This document shows positions 23,626 to 32,718 of a DNA stretch of 36,661 bases, piece after piece (within the stretch, counting starts at the first letter, position 1; each line of letters starts with the position of its first letter). The notes under the pieces were generated by a model, which was not told where the DNA came from, searched no databases, and saw nothing but the letters and a program-made list of their open reading frames with translations. The DNA lies in contig JAVECO010000083.1 of the NCBI GenBank assembly GCA_051942205.1, positions 62,001 through 98,661 of the forward strand. The letters are read 5' to 3'. The DNA is from Coniocarpon cinnabarinum. Lineage: Eukaryota. Both the position numbers and the translations under genes were made by a program.

Positions 23626-24149
23626 ATGTCCATCGCGTCCTCATCGCGAGATGCGGCCTCTGCCAACTTGGGCATATCCACACGAGACGCAGGCGAGATG
23701 ACCAGGGAGGAGCTCGTTGCAGAGATAAACCAATTGAACAGTGATAACAAAAAAGCTAAGGAAGCGGGACAAGGTAACAGGAGTTTGAAGGAGCTGAAAG
23801 CTGAAGAGTCTGCCCGCGAGAAGCGCGGTACGGAACTGACAAAGGCACTGAAGAGAAGAGATCAAGAGGCCTCCGTCAGTCCACACTGGATCAATGTAGA
23901 CTCAAGACTGACTTGCTCCAGGAGCGTACACCGGCGACTTCGGGCCCCGAGGCCCAGAACAAACTCAGGAACCACGTGCTTTTCCACTCGGGAAACAGCA
24001 ACAAGACGTTGAACGCGCATTGGAAGAAATGGGTGAAATTTGAGAAGACCGACGGATTCAAAGATCACGAGGACGTTCAAGCGCATGAGGGAAATGAGCA
24101 CGAGCAGTATTTCCAGCGCGGGAAGTTGCATTTCCACTCGCAAAAGTAG
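23626..24149 (+). CDS. Hypothetical protein, about 158 aa, with a charged coiled-coil-like N-terminal half; exons 23626-23874 and 23922-24149
   Basis: ATG in good context (CAAAATG). A 47-nt intron GTCAGT..CTGAC..CAG joins two ORF-track frames in phase 0. No family recognised. Confidence 0.55.
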
Positions 24150-24602
24150 GGATAGTCTGTGTGATGCGATGGGAGCTGGAAGACGCCACGTGTGAGGTTA
24201 CGCTCGTTTCATCTCCTCGCCATGAAGCAACTATGGACTGTCGTGCACCTGCATCTAGCATATGCTCTGTTCGTACATTGGCTTAAGTCAACAACCTGCG
24301 AAATTTCGCGTCATCAGCCTTGAGGCGCTGCATATTCAAAGACGCTGAATGACAGTGCGGCAAGTGCAATTCTTCTCAAGGTCATAGAAAGATTCAGGCC
24401 GCCTTTTAGTCTGAGCAGTAAGCCTATACCAAAACCAGAATTTGAATGACTAAGGTATCGGTATAGCGGCGAAAACTCTTTGCACCTCTTCAGACGCTGA
24501 GTAATGCTGCGGCAAGTGCTGTCCTACAAGATTCTAAATAAAAATCTAATGGGATTCGATAGCAATTCTTTACGGTCGGCGAGAGGGAATACGGCTAATC
24601 AT

Positions 24603-26249
24603 TCAGCCATACCACTGCTCCAATGCCACATCGCCACCCCGAGGATAGCCCGTCGTCGTCGCCAAAGGGACAAACACCGTCCGCCTGGGCTCATCCAGCA
24701 GTGGATTGTCCACCTCGCAAGTCGACCAGCGCTCGCCCGCTGTGTCAGGAAACTCGGGCCCCTCAGCAACGGGCGCCAATTCGAAGGCCAAGCGTGCTTC
24801 ACGCTCCTTTGAGACGCTATTTACATACTTGGACGGATCATGCACATCAAGTGCAGTGACCTCCAAAGAGAGCACAGAGCTTCCAACTGAATGATTGCCA
24901 GACATGATGTTAGCTTGATGTGCTAATATGGCGGGGTACCCGAAAATGGCATCGAAGTTTCGCATGGCCGGTGCTTCTTTCTTGGTATCATCGATCACGT
25001 CCGCACAGACGATGACAGCGACATCAATGTCACGATTAGTATGCTTGGTCTTCGCAGCGAAAATCAATTTGAAGAGTGCCATCTCTGTCACCATCAAGTG
25101 TCCGCCTAAGCCACCTATTTGACAAGGAGAGACACGGAAGAACTTGGCATTGGGCGGGCATGACGACTTCTTGATGATTGTCTTCTCGGCTCCGGTGTCG
25201 ATCATGAGTCTGATGTACTTACTCGGATCATCTGATGACTTTGGCATGCCGGGGATGCGACCGACCATGACGGGTACGCCTGTCCATGCGAGAAGTGGCG
25301 ACGGCAGCGCGAAGGAAGGAATCGTGCGATGGCCATTTCTGTCGAGGATGACGTGTTTCGCTGGTCGCTTCGTGTAGCTGAGATCCCGTGAGGTGGGCGG
25401 GTACTTGGACTTTTTGCGAGTCTGACATTTCGTGGTTCGGACGGTCCTGGCGTAAGATGGGAACAGCTCTTTGTTTGCTGAATATTCGGCCCTCTCTTTC
25501 TTTATGCAGTGCTCGGGGGACGCTTTGGTCCCTGGATTGCGACTCTCACTGTGAGCTTGTTTGCTGTCATAAGACTGTTCCAGAGCGTGCTCATATCCAG
25601 AATATCTCTCCTGTAGGGGCTCAAAACGGTCAATCTCCGGAAGTGTGAATGTTTCGTCCTGCACACTTATATCCGACAAAGGGTCCTCCGTCAACAATGA
25701 TGCTCTTGCATTTGTTTGATTTGCGATCGGATCACCAAGGAAGTCTACCTCGGAAGTTGACGCATCCAGCTCGACGTGGCAAGGTTTGGCAGAGAATCGA
25801 CAGGCCCGTTGGCGCTCGCCTTCGCTCGCAGATGCTGCGGACTCATCGAGATCGTAGTATCGTGGTGAAAATTTCAACGCTTCTGTTCGTGCTCGAAAAC
25901 TTGTGGGGGCAAAGTATCGCGCAGTGCCATCGCATGTTCGATAAATGGGTGCATCCGAGGCCAGAGAATGGCTGTTGGTTGGGGTATTAACAAGAGTGTC
26001 TGACAAGGACTGACTATGCTGACAGGTGCCGTATCGTGCCGTGCGTGCGTGCCTGGTCGAAGCGTGAACGAATCTCTTTTGCTGGTTAAAGACTTCATTA
26101 GGGCCTTGACGAGGAGGGAAAACATCCTCTGGTGGGCAATCGTCACATGCATGAAGCACACGGCGTGCGAAGGATTTGATTCTGCTTGACCACTTGACAT
26201 GCTGCTTCTTTGGGGATTTGCGCTGCTGTTTCTCGCGGCCGGGCGACAT
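24603..26249 (-). CDS. Intronless 548-aa protein with a C-terminal retropepsin-like (clan AA, single-lobe) aspartic protease domain
   Basis: First ATG at 26249 (CACAATG context). RLMIDTGAEKTII (DTG at 25199-25191), flap-like CQIGGLGG and downstream DAIFGYPAI. The long N-terminus is low-complexity and basic. Confidence 0.7.
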   Translation of the reverse strand: MSPGREKQQRKSPKKQHVKWSSRIKSFARRVLHACDDCPPEDVFPPRQGPNEVFNQQKRFVHASTRHARTARYGTCQHSQSLSDTLVNTPTNSHSLASDAPIYRTCDGTARYFAPTSFRARTEALKFSPRYYDLDESAASASEGERQRACRFSAKPCHVELDASTSEVDFLGDPIANQTNARASLLTEDPLSDISVQDETFTLPEIDRFEPLQERYSGYEHALEQSYDSKQAHSESRNPGTKASPEHCIKKERAEYSANKELFPSYARTVRTTKCQTRKKSKYPPTSRDLSYTKRPAKHVILDRNGHRTIPSFALPSPLLAWTGVPVMVGRIPGMPKSSDDPSKYIRLMIDTGAEKTIIKKSSCPPNAKFFRVSPCQIGGLGGHLMVTEMALFKLIFAAKTKHTNRDIDVAVIVCADVIDDTKKEAPAMRNFDAIFGYPAILAHQANIMSGNHSVGSSVLSLEVTALDVHDPSKYVNSVSKEREARLAFELAPVAEGPEFPDTAGERWSTCEVDNPLLDEPRRTVFVPLATTTGYPRGGDVALEQWYG

Positions 26250-26983
26250 TGTGAAATATTTTCCAAACGAACGACAAGAAATGTAATGACCGTGTTGCAA
26301 CAAATGGGAAAAGAAAGAGCGTGAGCAAGTTGGTTTTGAAGAAACTACATCAGGGTTGCGAATTGGAGATTGATATGTTTCCAGTGCACAGTGTCTACGG
26401 GCAGGCGAAAGCTACACACGCCGCCTTGCACAATGCATCACAGAGGTTAGCAATTTACACTGAAACACTGTCGCGCGCACATTGGCTTGGACTTCGCTCA
26501 GAGAAACAGTAGGTGACAGCGCTTACGATGAGGTCTCGTCACCACATCATCGTCACTGGATCGCTCAGAGTTCCTATTTTTTTCAAAAAGCTTGATGTGG
26601 TCCGGCTTGATGGAGGATGACATTGGACTACAGCCAAGAGCCATTCGATGATGCCAGGCTTCGCCCCATGAGCAGTCATTTTCAAGACTGTCTACATCTA
26701 ATGAATGAATTCAGAGCCCGCACGCGTCTGAGCAACGGTACAATGTCGCGTTGTGAGTTGGCGTGACAGATTTACCGTAGCAGCTAAGTTCTATGAGCGT
26801 GGGAGAGAGGTTGTCCATCGTGACAAGAGGATTCAAGAGGAATTGTAGGAGGGCAGTAGTAGTAGTAGTATTCATACGCCGATATACGGGGGCACTATGA
26901 CGCTATCTACGCAGGCATCAAGCCACTAAATTTAGGGGCTTGTTTTAGCGGCTCTACTTCTCCGTCCCAATTCCCAATTACTG

Positions 26984-27138
26984 CAAGGGCTTCGTAGGGT
27001 AGTCATCGCCACAATATAATTCAGTGTCATTTTGCCGACGAAACCCTACCGCTGCTATACTCATAGGCTTGTGAGTAGAATTGTGCCTATCGTACAGGCT
27101 CGTCGCCTAGGCTGAGATCTATTTGTCCCTGGCCCTTG
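26984..27138 (-). mobile_element. MITE family A copy 3 (155 bp, reverse orientation), TSD CTG
   Basis: CTG|CAAGGGC...GCCCTTG|CTG. The reverse complement aligns to copy 2 with a 9-bp deletion of AGTCGTTGC. Confidence 0.88.
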
Positions 27139-27439
27139 CTGTTATTTATTCCCGAGTACCCTAGCTATCACGTGACATGAGAATCCACTTTTCGCAACTC
27201 TTTGTCTCCAACATCGAAGCCTCTAACGGCCAAACAATCTGTGTTGAAATCTATGCTGCATTGCCGACTATAAAAGGGCGTTGACACATGTGTCAAGTGT
27301 TCATAGAGCACAAGAACGCTCTCACATATATCTGCCAATAAACCAGGCGCAGGACCTGCTATAAGCTTACACTATTCACCAAAAAATGGAGAAGTCTACT
27401 CATCCCGATTGCCAGTCGTACAAAGTGCCCTCTTACTCG

Positions 27440-30413
27440 TTACACATTAAACCCAATCTCCCCTCGCCGCTCATCCATGACCCTTGCATACTCCAACAAA
27501 AGTCTAAACATCCAAACCTGCATATCCTCCCTTCTCAGAACCGTGCGACTCCACTCCCTTTTTCGTTCCGCCATGACCCTCCCCGGTCCCCATATTCCCT
27601 TCGCCTCCGCCTTCTCATCCTCCTCCAGATACCAGCGCAACACCTCGCCCCACTCGCTTTGCCGTCCCGTCCTCTGCATCGCATCAGGTATCGTCCAGCC
27701 ACGGCCGGCGACACCGACATTCAGAGAAAGGGGCACGTAATGTACCCATTCTTGCAACCAGTCGTCGTGCCATTCACGGAAGAGGCTCTGTTTGAACACG
27801 ACGCTTTTGGAGCGCATGAGCCCGTAGAAGCGGGCGCTAAAGGCGTTGCCGTCCAGATCCAGGAGGTAGCGATGTTGAAAAGCATCCGAAAGGTTGGCAT
27901 AGGGCGTTATTTTGTAGAATTCTTTTTGGGCGTGGCAGTCGGAAGTATTGCATTGGCCTATTCCGGAGAAGGTGACATTGATGTTTGGATGGAGGTGTCT
28001 CATGGGGCGTTGCTGGATTGTCCAATCTCGTGCTTCACTTGGGGTAGCGGAGTTGACGAATGAGGAAGGGGTATGAGTATTGGTATCGGTATCAAAGTGT
28101 TGATCCGGGACGAGGATTGTGGTGTTGCTGTAGCCGTTCAGATATTTGATGGCACGCTGACGATGATGGCGCCGCCAACCGCCATTCTTGGAGTAGCCGC
28201 CTGTGGTACTGCCGCGCCAGTAGAGATCTTTGCGTTTGGTATTCCAGTCTATGTCAAGTTGTTCGTCATAGACGCGCTTGTGATTCACGTGCATGTCCAA
28301 GGTGTTGTTAGTGAAGACTTGGCCGTACCAGTGCCATAGGCTGGGATACACGATATCCTGAAAGCTTGACAGCTTGCTCTCAGAGAAGATGGGGACCAGA
28401 CCGTGGGTGATACTGAGTGCGTTGGGCCGGTCGAAGAAGGCATGTGTACCTTGTAGGGATGGCATGTTGCACACATCAGTATAAGCTGTGTGGTTGTCGA
28501 TTAGACTGAGGCTGCTGGTTTGTAGAAGAGGTGACTCGTAGTCAACCGCTGACTGTTGGTCCGTAATCAACACCGGGCTTTCCGGCGGGCAGGACAACAG
28601 CACGTGTTCGTAAGGGTTTTGGTGCGTGTAATCGGCAAAGCTGGAATGTATAGCAAACTCACTAGACGAGATAATGTGATCGTCAGTGGGTTTAGAAAAC
28701 GCATTTGAGGGATTCGAAACCGAATTGGTTGCTGCTTGCGCTGCTCGGCCTCGAACGACCATCGTTGACAGCTCCTCATGAGGAACAACCACGCGTGGCT
28801 CATCATGGCCATTGAATGCAATGTCCAGGTCCGGTAAATACTGTACGAAATCTTCAATCATGCCACTTATAGCTATACGTTGCCAAGGCAGTCCACCCTC
28901 CATCCTGTTGATTTGTCCGTCTCGTATCTCCAGCCAAATCACGAAACTGTCTTCATTAGCATGGATGGCTTGGACTCTGCGCCGGAGTGTTGATGGTTTG
29001 AGCGACCAGAAGGGGAGCATCGTATCGTGAATCATGTCGTAATTATCGTAGATATGTACATTGTTTCCTTGCGCGTAGGAATACCATTTGTCGAACAGTG
29101 GCGGTGGTGGTAAATCATATCGGGCCTTATACGTTTGTGCAGCGTCATGCAGAGACATGCTCTGGTTCTGTAGTGACAATCGAAAGCGTCGTTCATGAGA
29201 TACAATGAGCTGCTCGATTGGATGTGCTGCTGGATTCGCGAGTCTGTCTTGGGGGAACATAGGAATCTGGAAAGGGGGTTCAATCGCCCTTTCACCAAAC
29301 CAACCTGGGCATGACAGCTGGGATGCCAGCAAAGCCACAACACAGCCTATGATAGACGCTAGGCAAAGCCATTTAAGACCCCAACGTTGCCTTTGCGAAG
29401 CGCTACCGTGCACGGATACAAACAGCATGCACAACGAGCTCAGCAACGGCCACAGGCTGATAAATGAAGCAGTCTGTGCAAAACCAGCTACATTGGCAGC
29501 GCTGTTCTGCAGCACAGCTATTGTCATAGGGCCTTGTTCTGAAGCCTAAGCCAGAGCTTCGTGAGTTTGTGAGATAATATTTAGCAAAGAAGAAGTTACT
29601 AACCATCCAAGGTAGTAGGATTAGAAATGAGGCTTCCAAGACCGCGTGAACAACGAGCCGTGCAAGACTGACGTCGCAGAGAACTGTGAAATCTCCGAAT
29701 TTGGCTTTACAGAACGCCGCCAGCGCCAAGGCTGGTGTCATGATACCTGTGGCTTGCTTCAGGAAACGCAGACTTTCATAATGCTTTCGAGGATCAGCTG
29801 TCGTACTGTCCAAGAGGACATATGATTGTGACTTCTCCTCGATCGCATAGGATGAGCTGTAAGGTGCATCGGACGCAGATCGGCGTAAGATGGCACCCAT
29901 CAATGCATTTCCGAATAGCAAAGCTTCGCAAATAGCCGCAAGAAGATGGATCAGGTCCACAGAGTTGGACATCCAGAACAAGCAGCTGCTGCACATGATT
30001 GCGGAGAGCAGAGACACTGTCGACAGCTGCACACCGCGCTCCGTATAATGAAATCGGAGGCCATCATAGTAAGCGTGGGTAGATGCTAGCGCCAGATATG
30101 AGCCCAGAGGAAGTAAAACCTGGCTCATCCATGATGTTGCCGGATCAGTATAGAAAGCCTCAAGCAAATGCTTCGCAATCAGCACAAGCGCAAAATAGTA
30201 GACATAGTAGTCAATGGTGCCGGATCCTCTTTTTGTTGTCCCTTCGCTACCAAAGCAAATACACCCCAGTGTGCATAGCGTCCAAAGTGATGCGCAGGAA
30301 AGGGCGTGGACCAGTAGCGAACACTCTGCTTGTCTCCAGGAGAACTTGACAACACTGATGACGGCAAAGATGGGGAATGCGCTCCGCGAGTAGTTTATCG
30401 CCGCCCTTGACAT
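27440..30413 (-). CDS. CAP10-like glycosyltransferase family 90 protein with a multi-TM N-terminus, about 971 aa; exons 30413-29604 and 29545-27440
   Basis: HPIEQL, Y..RY.LPPPP.FDKW, LPDLDIAFN.HDEPRVVV, LYWRGSTTGG, YLLDLDGNAFSARF, FREWHDDWL..WVHYVPLS, MQVWMFRLLLEYARV. Intron 29603-29546 GTTAGT..TAG joins the two ORFs in frame. Extra introns in exon 1 are not excluded. Confidence 0.88.
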
Positions 30414-30929
30414 GTGATTTATTATGCATTCCTACAGTACGACAATTGGTAGGTCCAGGGGCGCTAGATGTCCACGTGTTGTGTGTTTATTATGATGTCA
30501 CGTGATGTTGCCCGAGGAACCAAAATTTTGCTTCGTGGATTTCCATTTGGACTATAATTCAATGTCATTAATTCAGACAGACAGGTGGCATTCATTACTA
30601 TGCTTTCCTCAGCACGCGTGTTACAGGGCTCTTCCAAACACCGGCATCTCTGTCAACGAGCGGATATCCTCATAGCTGATACCTTTTTCCCACTTGCCTA
30701 GGTTTGACAAAGTCGCGTGGACGCTATCGAAAGACCCAATGATAGGTCGAGAGCTTTCACTGCTGAGGCGCGCGTTCACATCAACGCTGGTCCAAACGCT
30801 CCGAGCCTCCTGCAAAATAATACCAAAGCGGTAGTAAATAGTCTCTGGGGGCGTGTCGGGTTTGCTGTTCGTATAGGAAGCGTTGTCCATCCACTGTCTT
30901 CGATCGAAGTCGTGCTCACGATCAGATGG

Positions 30930-31200
30930 CCAATAATAGAGTATATACTAGCTATAGTCTTATGAAAAGCTATATACATACTTTTATTAAAAACAATTTA
31001 ATAGTAAATTATCTATGTATATATAGTATAAGTAGTAGTAAAATAGTATACTTTATACTGTATAGCCGCAGAATATTCCAAGAGTGTTGATATAGCATTA
31101 GAGCAGTGGTATGGATGAATGACCTCTAGCAAGATAACTTTAAAGATGCAATATGACTGTGCTTTAGGTACCTTGTAATATGTGATTACTAAATGTAGAA
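30930..31200. other. AT- and TpA-rich island resembling RIP-mutated sequence
   Basis: Abrupt switch from roughly balanced base composition to text such as TATATAGTATAAGTAGTAGTAAAATAGTATACTTTATAC, with visibly few CpA/TpG. Confidence 0.6.
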
Positions 31201-31609
31201 CTTCCCCTGGCTCTCAACGGGTAAACGTCACATCCTCACGTCCCATACCAAATAGACAAATTGTTTTCGCCAACGCCCCTGAAGCCAGATCCTCCACGGT
31301 ACCCTCAACGTGGCAATAACACCAAAGGTGCTTAACACCGGATCGCGTTGCGAGAGGATGTCGACCTTGCGGCGGCCTCGTTTGATGGGTTCAACGTCTT
31401 TGTAATCTGGATTTGGTTGGTAAGGGATGCATGCTAATATAGCTATAGTGTGGCCGCGCTAGCATCCTCACCTTGCTTACTGTTGTTGTATGCACAGCTG
31501 CCGCTATCCTGGCTGCTTACTTCCGCAGTGCTTTCTTTTAAATCCTTTTCCAATGATACGTGAGTATGGTAGCCTTTAATTTGAGGCATATAGTCACGTG
31601 AATCGGACA

Positions 31610-31763
31610 GGACAAAAGTCGTTGCCGGATCTCACCCTAGGCAAGGAGCCTGTACGATAAGCACAATTCAGGTGACAAACCTACGAGTACAACGGCGAAA
31701 GCTCATTGTTAGCGAAAAGACACTGAATAATAGTGCGGCAATGACTACCCTACGAAGCCCTTG
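31610..31763 (+). mobile_element. MITE family A copy 4, left terminus (about 10 bp) lost or degenerate
   Basis: 14 mismatches over 154 bp against copy 2 by manual count. Ends GCCCTTG followed by CCG. Confidence 0.85.
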
Positions 31764-32095
31764 CCGCAAGAGCACATCATTTAGCATTTAGCCCGTACAA
31801 CCCTACAATCGCTCATAGCCAAGAAGCCAACCTTATACAGCCATGCCCAAAGACAAAAATGATGCGTCTAAAGCTTTCTGCGCGATGTATCCTCTCGTCA
31901 AAAAATGCAACGACCACATCAAATAATCAGCAGCATCAATTCCAGAATGTTCAAATTGGATTCCCGTCGTACCCATAAGCGCCGCAACAACAAGGAGTGA
32001 TATTGGCGTAGTTTGTAAACGTTGCCGCTATGACGGTGTCATTTGAGCAGTGCCCATCCACTATCAGAGCGCAAGCCGTATCCTGCTCCACCTCT

Positions 32096-32149
32096 ACTAT
32101 TTCGAGTTCGTAACTATTATTTCGAGTTCGTAACTATTTTGAGTTCGTG
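32096..32149. repeat. Three tandem copies of a 17-20-bp unit
   Basis: ACTATTTCGAGTTCGTA / ACTATTATTTCGAGTTCGTA / ACTATTTTGAGTTCGTG. Confidence 0.9.
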
Positions 32150-32718
32150 AAAAACCCGAAGAAGTGTCTTTACTGTCAGTGCGAGATCCCAAATGGTCGT
32201 GTGAGCCCAGCAGCGTCCTCACGCCTTGAACCAGCAGCTCAACCACGACGTTGGGATTACGTGGACGTCTCCATAGGGCTCGTCATGGCCAACCGCTGTT
32301 CCAGCTGGCGAAGCGCACAGATGAGTCTAAATGAAGGAGACGAGAAATCGACAATGTGTCGTGCACACACGGCAAGCCGCAGCGCTCAGCATTGGTTCAT
32401 ACGTACTACTACAGATGACGGGTCATGCACCGTAGCGTGCACGTTTCGAGACAGCACGTCAACACAACCCACCACAGCCGATGCGCACTCAACACTCCTC
32501 GAGAGTAAGGCGACCCACGACGTGTTTGCATCCTTCGCTGTTTCCGCCATCGAGATACGTGACTTCATTACCCATCCCTCTCTTCTATGTCCTCACTTTA
32601 GTAATAGTCTCATGAATAATCTCTCAAATCGAACAATCGCCGCTGCAGCTGGCCCTTCCAGCTGGCGCGACCAAAAGACGCCCAAGCGCCAAACATGTCA
32701 AATAAATGTCGGTAAATG

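Noticed and set aside
20372..26249. Retropepsin-like protein as a PacC-processing protease
   Set aside because: Only proximity supports it. PacC processing is established to use PalB/Rim13 and the proteasome, and fungal gene neighbours are usually not functionally linked.
26921..26953. Short inverted repeats AGCCACTAAA / TTTAGGGGCT / TTTAGCGGCT next to MITE-A copy 3
   Set aside because: Only 10 bp and imperfect, with no TSD or second copy seen.
24603..26980. LTR retrotransposon around the DTG protease ORF
   Set aside because: No RT, RNase H, integrase or Gag knuckle, and no direct terminal repeats are visible in the window.
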